The translations under genes and the position numbers were made by a program. DNA of 63,512 nt, the filler included, from Octopus bimaculoides (lineage: Eukaryota), in NCBI RefSeq assembly GCF_001194135.2. It is 5 parts of 4 records of this genome, joined end to end, with 100 filler letters (N's around TTAATTAATTAA, not from the genome) between each part and the next. Parts side by side here need not be neighbours in the genome. Positions count along the whole stretch, not along the records: positions 1 to 28,604 come from NC_068982.1; positions 28,705 to 44,003 come from NC_068982.1; 3 more parts are not named here. One strand, written 5' to 3'. Below, one piece after another: positions 26,487 through 38,659 of the stretch; the stretch's first letter is position 1, and every line of letters starts with the position of its first letter. The notes beneath the pieces were generated by a model. The model ran no database searches, was not told the DNA's origin, and saw only the letters and a list, made by a program, of their open reading frames with translations.

Positions 26487-27648
26487 AGTTGGTGACATCC
26501 TGAATCCTGAATGTGTCGGGTTAGCAGTGATGGGATGGTCAGCCAAAACTCTTGAGCATCAAAGCTTAGTAGAGGTAGTTTCTGCTTTTCTTCATCCTAT
26601 TGCTGCTACTGCTGCTGAACTGTATTGTACAAAGGAATTATGGTACGGGTTTTTTCAGAATATGTTTAATAAGATGGAAGGCTCTTAAAATCTGTCTTAG
26701 TTTTTCAATTTTTCCTGTTGATTGATTGTTGAAACGTGAGGCAATATTGGCAGTAATGTCAAAGGAACTTGATACACGTGGTTTCCCAATTCGGAAATTT
26801 TGAATTAGGTTTCGATCAGTTTATCAGTCTTAATATCTGAACATCAATCTAATCTACAGATGTGGTATCTTTCATTGTGATATGGATCAGCATTAACCTT
26901 TGTGAAGGCACATAATTATTTACCGATTTATTGTTGTTATTGTTATTTTGTTCTCATTTCATCAGCCTTAAGTTCTGAGTTCAAATTCTACCGATGTTAA
27001 CTTTGCCTTTCATCAAATAAATGCCAATTTAGCCCCCCACCCGCCCCACATTGCAGGCCTTGGCCAAAATTTGAAAGAAATTATTCTATTCTGCGACATG
27101 TTTACATTCATGCGTGAAATTAGGCAAATTAATTATGTTTAAAATTGTTTTCTTTATACACTTCATTGTAAAATCTAAAACAACTGAAACTAATAATGCA
27201 ATGAATCAATATCGAATACGCAGATGTTCATGTAACATTGAATTAATTGTTTGAAAGAGTGTGTTCGTGAATATGCGCAAGTAAATGGCACTGCAGAGCT
27301 GGAAAAACTCCTTCTACATTAGTACGTGCGCTCGCGTGTATGTGTAAGACAGATATAGATACTTCTTTCCGTTACAAAATGGATAATTTTGTGATGAAAT
27401 TAATATGTCCCTACATAATATTAATCTTTTTTTTTTTGTTCAAGATTCAAAGTTGGTGACATCCTGAATCCTGAATGTGTCGGGTTAGCAGTGATGGAAT
27501 GGTCAACCAAAACTCTTGAGCATCAAAGCTTAGTAGAGGTAGTTTCTGCTTTTCTTCATCCTATTGCTGCTACTGGTGCTGAACTGTATTGTACAAAGGA
27601 ATTATGGTACGGGTTTTTTCAGAATATTTTTAATAAGATGGAAGGCTC
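26487..27648 (+). repeat. 198-bp direct duplication (26487-26684 and 27451-27648)
   Basis: 4 mismatches in 198 bp; neither copy borders a gap. Confidence 0.95.
26489..26574 (+). CDS. Candidate exon (duplicated at about 27453-27538)
   Basis: Acceptor tttttttaacag; frame xGDILNPECVGLAVMGWSAKTLEHQSLVE; weak donor GAG|GTAGTT; the frame stays open to 26687. Confidence 0.3.
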
Positions 27649-27784
27649 AATGAGAAAAAAAGTAATTTGAAATATTTCAGTGAAATGAATTGAAATATAA
27701 AGAATGCATTAGGTATGTGCTACACACACACACACANNNNNNNNNNNNNNNNNNNNNNNNNNNNNNNNNNNNNNNNNNNNNNNN

Positions 27785-27815
<31 letters not shown>

Positions 27816-28604
27816 AAGACAGAATTAGATAAATCCAAGGCTGTTAGGAGTTTTCAGGACATTTATAATGAAATAGTCTTACAGATGTTTCTTGGATATT
27901 ATGGATATCCCTTCATAAGGGACGGTGTGAGAAAATATTTGAGTTCGAATTATTGTGGAAAAGGAGGAAATAGGGAATATAGAGGGAAATAAGAGACTGA
28001 ATGTAGAAATAAGATATATAATGATATTGTAGTTGCAGTTCCGTTATTCGAGGAAAATGGTGTATAGTAATGGTAAAAAAAGTTTCCTGTACATGGTGTG
28101 TAATTTCCAAAAGAAGTTCATGTTTAGACATTTCAAAGTATGGAGCCATGGAATCAGTGTTGCTCGTTCCAAAGGGTTTTGTAGTGTGAATGAAAATTTG
28201 AGAATGTATTGGTAGTATTTGTGGATACATGAAGGATAGGTCAAATTTTAAAAAGGAAGAGAAAATGAGAGGAAGAAAGTGAGAAAAATGAAAAAAGAAA
28301 AAAGGAAGAGAGAAAAAACAAGTAGTCAAAAAAGAGAAGAAAGGGTGAAAGAAGTGAGAAAGTGTGTGTTAGTTGGTGGTCAAGATAATGTAAAGGGAGG
28401 ATGGGAGAGATGTGGGAAAAGGATGAGAATGTAAGGAGTAAAAGAACGTGAGATATGTGAGTAGGGGTGATATGACAGTGCTGCATTAAGGGATGTGCAG
28501 AGAAAAATCAGAGAAAAGATATGGTTGGGGTGATACCGAAATGAATAGTAATTTTGGTAGTAAAATTTGCGATGGAGGGAAGAATACAAGGATGTAACAT
28601 TACT

Positions 28605-28704
28605 NNNNNNNNNNNNNNNNNNNNNNNNNNNNNNNNNNNNNNNNNNNNTTAATTAATTAANNNNNNNNNNNNNNNNNNNNNNNNNNNNNNNNNNNNNNNN
28701 NNNN
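28605..28704. other. Artificial 100-bp scaffold gap with TTAATTAATTAA linker (similar gaps carry linkers at 44048, 55734, 60104)
   Basis: 44 N + TTAATTAATTAA + 44 N; the palindrome has a stop codon in all six frames. Confidence 0.95.
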
Positions 28705-30694
28705 TTAGAATGCAGTAAAATTTGGACACCGGATTAGGCAGGCTTTCTACCGTCACGTCAATTATTTACAGCTTAGGCACAGATTAAAAATGGTGACGGG
28801 ATGATGTAATAAAAGGAGTGAAAAAGAAAGAGGCAATCAAAAAATAAATAATCATAAACAAATGGTCAATGCGACGGTCACACGTTACACACCTTTCTTC
28901 CAAGCAATGTTGTAAGCAACGGAAGTGAGCTAGAACGTTAAAACTTAGTGCGCATGCACAACAGAGTTCAAGGTCAATTTGTGCCAAGTGACTTCACTCT
29001 GTGTGCTTTAGCTTCGTTACTATGACAACAGCCAAGATACTTTTTGATCAAACCAAGTGTATATATATATAAAACATACATACGTATTCGCATATACATA
29101 CACACACATATATGCGTGTGTGTGCGTGTGAGTATATCTATAAATATGTATGTGTGAATATATAATGTGTGTGTGTGNNNNNNNNNNGGTCTTACAGCTG
29201 TTTCCAGGGTATTTATGAAACTAACATATATTATATGATATCTAACTCACCCCGTTTCCGTGTCCGCCAGTTCCCCAGTTTTATGTCTTGAATATTAATG
29301 TCACATTTCTTATTCATATGTTAAATGGTAAAACAAACGATATTAAATTCATCTTGAGTTTAAACAACAGTAGAGAAAATCAATAAAGTATTATGCACAA
29401 TACTCTATACATACAAAACAAAATAATGTTTCAAAAAATATAAATTTCTGTGATATATTAATACTATTGGCTTTTTATTACATTTACATTAAATAATACA
29501 CTAGCTAAGTTAGAGTTAATATATTTAATATAGTGAACTTGGAACTCTAGCGTTAAACGGTATTCTGCTGTTTCCAACGATAAACCTTACTGTCTTGTGG
29601 CATCAACTACACCTGAAGGGTTTGTAGTTGATAAGTGATATAAATATAGGGGGAATTTATAGGGTGGGCTGGGGGCTTCACATTGAAGTTTGAATATGTC
29701 TCCATTTTAATCTCACGCTAATCTGGATATTAGAATGCAGTAAAATTTGGACACCGGATTAGGCAGGCTTTCTACCGTCACGTCAATTATTTACAGCTTA
29801 GGCACAGATTAAAAATGGTGACGGGATGATGTAATAAAAGGAGTGAAAAAGAAAGAGGCAATCAAAAAATAAATAATCATAAACAAATGGTCAANNNNNN
29901 NNNNNNNNNNNNNNNNNNNNNNNNNNNNNNNNNNNNNNNNNNNNNNNNNNNNNNNNNNNNNNNNNNNNNNNNNNNNNNNNNNNNNNNNNNNNNNNNNNNN
30001 NNNNNNNNNNNNNNNNNNNNNNNNNNNNNNNNNNNNNNNNNNNNNNNNNNNNNNNNNNNNNNNNNNNNNNNNNNNNNNNNNNNNNNNNNNNNNNNNNNNN
30101 NNNNNNNNNNNNNNNNNNNNNNNNNNNNNNNNNNNNNNNNNNNNNNNNNNNNNNNNNNNNNNNNNNNNNNNNNNNNNNNNNNNNNNNNNNNNNNNNNNNN
30201 NNNNNNNNNNNNNNNNNNNNNNNNNNNNNNNNNNNNNNNNNNNNNNNNNNNNNNNNNNNNNNNNNNNNNNNNNNNNNNNNNNNNNNNNNNNNNNNNNNNN
30301 NNNNNNNNNNNNNNNNNNNNNNNNNNNNNNNNNNNNNNNNNNNNNNNNNNNNNNNNNNNNNNNNNNNNNNNNNNNNNNNNNNNNNNNNNNNNNNNNNNNN
30401 NNNNNNNNNNNNNNNNNNNNNNNNNNNNNNNNNNNNNNNNNNNNNNNNNNNNNNNNNNNNNNNNNNNNNNNNNNNNNNNNNNNNNNNNATATAATTACCG
30501 TATCTCTCTAACACCATTGGCGCACTTAAAAGCAACGTCACCGCTGGACAGCTTCAGCGACATATAAAAACAATAGTTTTTTTTTTTTATTAATAACCAT
30601 GTTACCTTTAACGAATTAACATATAACACCATCATCATTTATTTATTTATGTATTTATTTGTGTATTTATTCATTTATTTATCTATTTATTACT

Positions 30695-30913
30695 AAGGCA
30701 GTGAGCTGGTGGAATAGTTAGCACGTTGAACCAAAATGCTTAGCGACGTTTCTTCCGGCTCTTCACATGTTGAGTTCAAATGCCGCTAAGGTCGACTTTG
30801 CTTTTCATCCTTTCGGGGTCGATAAAACAAGTACCAGTTAAACTTTGGGATCGATGTAATCGACTTACTACCTCTTCCCTTAATTTTCTGGCCTTGTGCC
30901 TATAGTAGAAAGG
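30695..30913 (+). mobile_element. SINE family A
   Basis: taaggcagtgagctgg...gagttcaaatgccgc...ggccttgtgcctatagtagaaagg. Confidence 0.85.
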
Positions 30914-30932
30914 ATTATTATTGCATCGAAAT

Positions 30933-31149
30933 AAGGCGGCGAGCTACCAAAATCGTTTGTATGCCGGGGGCAAGATGTTTAGGTGCATTTCGTCTGTCTT
31001 TGCATTCTGAGCTCAAATTCCGCCGAGGTCGACTTTGCTTTTCATCCTTTTGTGATCGATAAATTGAGTACCAGTGAAATACTGAAGTCGATGTAATCGA
31101 CTAGTCACAACCTCCCAAATTTCAGGCCTTGTGCCTTTGGCAGAAAGGA
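30933..31149 (+). mobile_element. SINE family A (left member of duplicated pair)
   Basis: Full-length; preceded by attattattgcatcgaaat. Confidence 0.85.
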
Positions 31150-31466
31150 TTATTATTATTATTATTATTGCTTTATCACAGGTTTTGTTGGAGCTCCTGG
31201 AGTCTTGCATGCGTAGCGGGCTTCCTACCTGCAGCCTACGATACCATGCTATTCGTTCTTTTCAGCAATCTAATACTTTCTTGATTATTCTGGCCGTGCC
31301 AAGGAGGCAAAACTTTTGTAACAGTTCTACTGGGCACTCTATTCCAATTTCTTTTATATTCCCCTTGATGCCTTCTGATACTGTTCCCAAGGACCCAACA
31401 ATAATTGGCACTGTCTTCATCGTCTTCATTTTCCATAGCCGGGCTATTTCGTACTTAAAAGGCTCG

Positions 31467-31521
<55 letters not shown>

Positions 31522-32060
31522 TCGCCTTCCTTCTTGACTATTCGTGGGTCAAAGGGGGATGCAACGTCAACTATATAACCTATATAACATGTGGTGCACC
31601 TTGTCCACCACCACTAGGTCCGGTCTGTTTTGCTCTAGCATCTGATCTGTTTGGATTGGGAAATCCCAGAGGATTTTGCTAGTCTCCGACTCTTTAACCC
31701 CCACCCACTTCTCTTTAACCCCCACCCACCCACTTTTCGTACAATTTTCAATGTAGCACTTTCGCTACATAGTCGTATCGCCACAACTTATAGTGGTTTT
31801 GGGCAAATCTAGGACATTCGTTCGTGATATGGGCAATGGTTTCATCCACTCTATTGCAGGCAAGGCACAGCGGAGATACTTGCTCGTTCTTCAGGTTGAC
31901 CCCTCCAGTTCATGCATTATTATTATATTTGCTGTGGTATACATCGAACGTATTTTCGAACGCTCCAAGTATGTCCTGTTTAAAGCATTTGTTTACACTC
32001 GTTTGGTGCCGTTTTTTCGGTTTACATTTTGTTCCATGTTGTTGATAGAAACACAAGGAA
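31150..32060 (-). mobile_element. R4/Dong-type LINE copy 1, 3' end with (TAA)n tail
   Basis: CLACNRVDETIAHITNECPRFAQ (CCHC knuckle), ILWDFPIQTD..NRPDLVVVD, VPIIVGSLG, LLGTARIIKKVLDC* (stop 31262-31264), UTR and ATT repeat at about 31150-31170. Confidence 0.9.
31468..31519 (+). repeat. (TATC)13 microsatellite inside LINE coding sequence
   Basis: Pure tetranucleotide run interrupting the RLE region. Confidence 0.95.
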
Positions 32061-32261
32061 CTTGTCACTGGGTTTCCGTGGTTGTTTTGGCCACTCGTGG
32101 GGCTATATTCTGCCCCACTAAATAATCATGTATAATTCAACAAGATGGTGGAGTACATCTTGGAAGAGTTAAGAAAGGAAACTGCTCTTCCCGCAGGTCT
32201 CTCTTTTACTGGCAACAATACAGGAGAAGAGGATGAGAAAACGCAGGGAGAAACGGTATCT

Positions 32262-34075
32262 CTAAGGTTTCAGATGTTTTTTCAGATTGGGTAGTATTGA
32301 ACCCAATGCTCCGATGACAATAGGGATAACCTTTATGCTCGACTCTTGTAGCTGCCACATCTTAGTCATCTCAATTTTCAGGTCTCCATGTTTACCAACT
32401 TCTTCTCTTTCTTTCATGATGATATGTTCATCTTGCACTGCTACATCGATTATTAGACACTCTTGTTTGTCCCATCTAAAGGTTACTATATCTGGCTTTC
32501 GGTGATCTATCACTTTGTCTGTCTGGAAATCAAAGTCCCAGAGGATTTTGCCTTCCCCTTTTCGTCCATTACCTTTTCCGGTGTATTCTGGCATCAAGCA
32601 CCCGTAACCTCATATCCATACTTACGGCATACTAGCCAGTGGAGGCTTTGGGCTACTTTTGTCGTGTCTACGCTTGTACTCTTTCTGCGCAAGACTTTTA
32701 CAAGCACTAACAATGTGAGTCACACTTTCGACCCTCTTCCCATACATTCTGCAAAGGTCCGGTGCATTTGTGTGGTATATATTCTTTTTCGCTGAGCTGG
32801 TATTCAATGCCTGGTCCTGGGCCGCTATGATTAGGCTTTCAGTATTCTTTTTTAGGTCACCCTTGTTGAGCCACTTCCATGATGCTTCCTGGTCTTTTAG
32901 GCTGTTAGTTTCACGGTAGAACTGACCATATAATTCCATGCGGAGTAGAGTTTCTTCTCCCTCGTTCGCTATTCGTGATCGGAATTCATGAGTACTCTCA
33001 AGTCCATTTTTGTTAACTCCTTCTGCACTAGCAGCATACTTTAGCAGGTCTTCTTTGCTGTTTACCAAATATTTTGCCATCGTTTCTTCTTTCACTGTTG
33101 ATGCACTCCCGTACGCTAATCAGCCCCACGTCCACCCATACCTCTCTTCATGTAGAGCCTGTGTACATTTGTCTTAGGGTAGAGGGCACCATGCATTGCC
33201 ATTGTCTTTCGAGTAGTGCGATCGAGTTAGTCAGTCTCCACTTGTGTCCATCTCAGGATGGGTGCGCTATAGCGGACTATAGCAACAGCTCATATGTTGA
33301 TGGCAGTCACAAGGTTCCTTGAGTTGAGCTTGGATTTCAAGAGAAGTTTGAGGCCCTTGTAATATGCAGTGATAACTTTGTCTTTCATTTCTCTGTGCAA
33401 AATATTGTCCAGCTACAGGACCCAAGGTTACTTGTACCCATCATCATCCGGGTCTTCCATTCTCTTTCCGTTTGGCATTTCTATGCCCCTAGAATTTACT
33501 CTTTTCCCCCGCTTTAAAGTAAGCACCGCACACTTCGAGATACTGAATTCCATCCCTATAGCCTTGCTGCACATTTGCACAGTCTCAACCAGCCTCTCCG
33601 TTTCAGGCTCTGTTTTTGCGAACAGTTTTAAATCATCTATGAAGAAGAAGTGGTTGAGACGAGGTCCATTCTTTCTCAGCTCATAGTGCGCGTTGATTTT
33701 ACGTAGGACTACAGAAAGTGGGACCAAGGCTATAACAAATAATAGAGGTGAACAAGAGTCTCCTTGGAAGATATCTATTTTGATTGTTACCTCGGCTAAG
33801 TGCTGGTTGTTACAGGAAAGACGCGTTTCCAACTTCGCATGCTGTTCTTAATCAGTGCACACACGCTCTCAGCTATTCCACACATGTCGAGTGTTCCCAA
33901 ATTCCACGAATGCGGCAACATGTCGTAAGCCCTTTTGAAATCTAAATCTATCCAGGCCATGTATAAGTTTTTTTTTGTACCGTTTACAGTTCTTCATTAT
34001 AACCTTGTCTATCATAAGGTAGTCCTTAATGCCCTTGGATCCTTTTCGGTGTCCCTTTTTGGGCTTTCACAACCA
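32262..34075 (-). mobile_element. R4/Dong-type LINE copy 2 (RT, CCHC, RLE), frameshifted, truncated at both ends
   Basis: QKG.RKGSKGIKD.L.IDK, AWID..KRAYDM.PHSW, IFQGDS.SPLLFVIAL, LNHFFFIDDLKLF, AAQDQAL.T, LCRM..K.VESVTHIVSAC, LWDFDFQTD..IDHRKPDIV, IPIVIGALG. Confidence 0.95.
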
Positions 34076-34102
34076 CTAACATTATTATTATTGCATCGAA
34101 AT

Positions 34103-34272
34103 AAGGCGGCGAGCTATCAGAATCGTTTGCACGCAGGGAGCAAAATGTTTAGGTGCATTTCGTCTGTCTTTATATTCAGATTTCAAATTCCGTCGAGGCT
34201 GACTTTGCCTTTCATTCCTACGATTTCAAGATAATAAGGACCAGTTGAACCCTGGGGGTCGAAGTAATCGAC
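34103..34272 (+). mobile_element. SINE family A (right member of duplicated pair)
   Basis: Same 5' flank and the same diagnostic substitutions as 30933-31149. Confidence 0.85.
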
Positions 34273-34476
34273 AGCAGCAGCAACAACAGCAACAACGCCG
34301 ACCGATTGTAGTAGTAGTAGTAGTAGTAGTGGTAGTAGTAGTATATTATTTGCTAACTATTTCTCACCGCCAGAACTTTTGCTGTTACGAAGAATACCAT
34401 GAGTTTGAAACCAGTCGTTTACTCCGAGTAGAAACAGATTTGCAATGTTTGCACGAATAAGGAAACTAATGTTGAT

Positions 34477-34528
<52 letters not shown>

Positions 34529-34789
34529 ACGCGCGCGCGCACACGCACACACTCCAGTCACACCACACATACGCGGTCAAAGGACATTACACATATAAAC
34601 ACGCAAACAGCACGTGGATTCACACACATAACACAACTCGTACTCACACACACGTAACGTCACAATTACATATGTACTCACATACGTATAACACAGCACA
34701 GACACACATGAAAACTGCAAGCATAACACACAACGAACACAGCGCAGACACACAACGAAACCTAGAAGCACAAAACATACATCACAACA

Positions 34790-35050
34790 AACACTTCATC
34801 TTCTCGGATTTATAACACACACACACACACATAACACCACATAGTTACACAGAAAACGTTATGCATACACATGCACACAAAGAAAACTACATGATGTACA
34901 TAATATACTTTGACACAAACACTTCATTTCGCCAGATTTATAACACACATATACACACACATAACGCCACATAGACACACGTAATACCACATAGACAGAG
35001 AAAACCACATTATGTACACTACATACACTTCATCTCCCCAGGTTTATAAC
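34790..35050 (+). repeat. Diverged minisatellite, 3 units in CA-rich DNA
   Basis: acacttcat....g.tttataac at 34791, 34919 and 35025. Confidence 0.7.
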
Positions 35051-35599
35051 ATGACAATTAAACAATGAATCACTAACTGACCTCGTGACCTGTAAAAGCA
35101 TTCAGCGAAGAATTAAGGGCCTTGACCACAATGTTAAGACTTTCTCTTGCTCACAGCGCATTTAACATATTTCCATTGTTTGCTTTTATTCCAATCAATC
35201 TTGCTTATATAGACTGCCAATAGTCTCTTCCAGTGCTATTGATTATATTTAATGACTTATAACCAGTTTAACATATAATCTTTTGTCGCTGTGCCGTTTA
35301 ATCTTCATGTTGCCATTACAAAATCATATAATATCATCAGTTACTTTACTCTGACACGTCTACTCAATGTACCACTATATGTAACACTAGTGTACAATAA
35401 AAATATCCATATCTAATTTGAATTTCAGATTTTCCTACGCGTACTCGTTTAGCACGGTTTTGGTTTTAACTTTAATTTAATTTTTTTTTTTTGCAAATAA
35501 ACACACAACTGTAAAGGCAGCGGCACAAAAATAGCTGTGTGGTTAAGAAGTACATTTCACAACCCTGTGGTTTCGGGTCCACTGACGGCAGCATTCGTC

Positions 35600-36135
35600 C
35601 TGAAAGTACATTTCCTATGGATGTTCTGTGTTAAAAACATAATAAATATTGGAGGGAGACCAAAAACATTTGAGAACGAATACCACAGTGACTGGCCTAT
35701 CAACGGAGTATTTACATTAAGTATGGTGCATAGATGGCCATTATAATTTAATACTCCCTCGATTGCGCATACTGGATTTTTATCTAGACGAGTGGCTATT
35801 TGTAACAACAATGAGTGTTTTATTCACGTTTGCCTATATAAGAAGCAATGAATTCTCTTCTGACCATGAGAATGGCTGCCAGTACATGCCATTGAAAAGG
35901 CCTCAAAAGGCCGAAATGCATCTGGCGTTCTTGCTGCAGCTGCTACGACTAATTTTCGTCTCCCGCTGTTATTTATTGAATTTTTAACACAGCACGTCTG
36001 TAAGAAATGTTATTTCAGAGCAAATATTGCAATGACTGGCCTATCGACATATATTTGCAGTATGTATGATACATAGATGGCTATTTTAATTCAATACTTC
36101 TTGTTTCGCATGGCGGGTTGTTATTTTGTATCTGA
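35600..36135. repeat. Diverged duplication with one internally inverted block
   Basis: About 35665-35790 vs 36012-36135 direct; about 35607-35667 vs 35951-36011 inverted. Confidence 0.75.
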
Positions 36136-36289
36136 TGTCACTAAGAATGTCTTTAGATACTCTGGGCAAGGTCTTGCATTTCTAATATGTTTAAATTTCC
36201 CTCCTCATTTGAAGTTAGTTGCTACTTTGTTTTGTATTCTGTTAGTGTTGGCTTTGTTGTACTACCACTGTTATTTTCGTTGCTTTTGT

Positions 36290-37220
36290 CTGAGCAGGAT
36301 GGTTTCCGCCTTGCAGTTCCAACAAATTTTGAAAGTGAATTTACTCAACCCCATGAATTTCTTCTGTAGAGCAAGAATATTTGTTGTATAGTTATTGCTC
36401 TTTTCTACAATGCATAGGAGACATGTCTCGAAAGTAGTTACTGAGGAGTAGAACTATCTATAATTACCTTGTTTATATCTATATTGTATTAAGTTACAAA
36501 TGTGTTTTGACAGAAACTTTATACAGCTTTTGGAAACATTTTTGAAAGAATATATGTGCTGTATGTATCTGCTTTGATCGTCGATGTAGTTTTTGCTTCG
36601 ATCTAGTTTTTATAGGTATGTTACCTTTAGATTGGCTATTTTTGTTAAGCATTTTCACTGAATATATATATCTCTAGGTATTCGCTTATTTATAGCTTGG
36701 ATGACATGCTTTTGGTTTCTTATGCATCAGTTGCTAACTTTTATGCTGTTTCTGATGAATAGCTTTTTGTTTTCATGGTCGATTGGAAATGTTTAGTGTT
36801 AAAAAGTCTTTTTGCCACATTTACAACTACGTTTAATCTGCAATAAAGATTAAACCAACAGGTGTTTCGTTCTCTAGTTCTGTTTCGTTAAACGTTGGGT
36901 TTTAATTTTTGTAATTTTGGACATGTATTCTAATTTTTCATTAAACCTGCTTGCTTAAGCGATTCAGTGTGCTGCTTTAAGGAATGACATTATAGAGATT
37001 CGCCGGATCTTGTTACCGAGTCAATTATTTTTTATTGAAGATAGATGAATATAATATTCACTTACATACAAGATCCCTTCGTTTATTTTTCTTAGGATAA
37101 TGTTTGAGAATATTTCCCTGTGGTAAGGTTTAGTGCTATGTCTAGGAAATTTACTGTGTAAGTTTATTTTGATGGTTACGACTTAACCAGTTTCAAATAT
37201 TTTTCTGATAGACAGAGGTG
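36290..37220 (-). mobile_element. Penelope-like element (RT C-terminus plus GIY-YIG), heavily decayed
   Basis: Frameshifted motifs VNFLDIALNLTTGKY, LKQAGFNEKLEY, RERNTCWFN, FIRNSIKVS, FLSKHI, TCLLCIVEK in the order expected for PLE RT-EN. Confidence 0.8.
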
Positions 37221-37228
37221 GGGTTATG

Positions 37229-37490
37229 CTTGCTTCTGACTGGAGTTCGAAAATTCTCATGTTTTTGTGGAGAGAACATGGCTCATTTGACCGTGTCAGC
37301 CTTAACTTTTGGTGCAAAAAATATTGTCACATAACATTAACGCACGGGCGTAGCAGGGAGCTTACATAACTTCTAAGCCTAATTACGTGATTATCATCTG
37401 TTAATCAAATTGTACCTTTAACAGATACCAATTTGAGCCATGTTCTCTTCATAAAAACATGAGAATTTTCGAACTCCAGTCACAAGCAAG
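37229..37490. repeat. 57-bp inverted repeat pair (MITE-like)
   Basis: 37229-37285 and 37434-37490 are reverse complements with 3 mismatches; 148-bp spacer. Confidence 0.85.
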
Positions 37491-37678
37491 GCAGTTGCGG
37501 TAGAGCCCCATGTCTTTCTATCTCACTTAACTTTTGAAAATCAGGAAAATCTGAAACCTGTGAAACGCGTTAAGCCTTTAAAAATAAATCACCTAAAAAA
37601 CACCTAGTGTATTTTCAACTTATTTTTCCTGTGTATCTTCTTGTGTGGAATAAAATAATTTCCCCCCCTAATCACATA

Positions 37679-37891
37679 TTCTTTTCTACTCTAGGCACAA
37701 GGCCCGAAATTTTTGGAGAGGGGGCCAGATCGACTCCAGTATGCAAACTGGTACTTAATTGATCGACTCCAAAAGGATGTAAGGCAAAGTCGATCTCAGC
37801 GGAATTCGAACTCGGAATTTGAGCTTAAAGACAAACGAAATACTGCTAAGCATTTCACTCGACGTGCTAACGTTTCTGCTAGCTCACAGCC
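37679..37891 (-). mobile_element. SINE family A
   Basis: ttcttttctactctaggcacaaggcccgaaatttt...gtgctaacgtttctgctagctc. Confidence 0.85.
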
Positions 37892-38106
37892 TCCCACACA
37901 GATATATTAACAGGTAGATATGCATATATTGAGAGACAGNNNNNNNNNNNNNNNNNNNNNNNNNNNNNNNNNNNNNNNNNNNNNNNNNNNNNNNNNNNNN
38001 NNNNNNNNNNNNNNNNNNNNNNNNNNNNNNNNNNNNNNNNNNNNNNNNNNNNNNNNNNNNNNNNNNNNNNNNNNNNNNNNNNNNNNNNNNNNNNNNNNNN
38101 NNNNNN

Positions 38107-38155
<49 letters not shown>

Positions 38156-38659
38156 TGAGGTGTTTCCGCAGTTTTCCTCTATCAAATTTCATTCACCTGA
38201 GGCAACAGTTGTAGACGCTTTCCTAACTGAAGTAAAACAGAAAAATACTAGAAATTACCTCCCTTCGCCAGTTTATATTATCATATTGTCTAGAAATTAA
38301 TTTCACCTGCGAGCAGCGATCGGATCATTCAGACGCGTCCAGTATTTTAATTTATTAAATTATGTCTTCTCTTCTTTCAGCAATAGTTACAAACAACAGT
38401 GTGTTTTCTTTATCAATATTGATTTCTAACATATGCAGAAGGCCAGACATTTTGGTGATGGTATAGTTGTTTATATCGATCTCAGTACTTAACGGAGAAT
38501 TATTTTGTCAACCCTGAAAAGATGAAATGCTAAGCCGATCCCAGTGAGTTAGGAAAAAAGGATGAAATGGGATGTAATAAAACACCATATATCATTTTGT
38601 TCGCTGCTCTACCGATTCTACCAATCTACTACAGATATTGGCAATATCAAAATTTGCTG

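Noticed and set aside
27790-28604. Purine-rich segment with several overlapping ORFs
   Set aside because: No recognisable motif; the ORFs reflect compositional bias.
35560-35950. Minus-strand peptides resembling an ionotropic glutamate receptor (FGLLRPFQWHV, IGQSLWYSFS, LSGRML)
   Set aside because: The motifs are in three different frames with stops, spacing is about 8-11 aa too long, SLWYSF lies in a duplicated non-coding block, and SGRML runs into a SINE remnant.
38381-38460. Apparent exon with strong acceptor and open frame
   Set aside because: Its 3' part and donor lie in a decayed antisense SINE tail.
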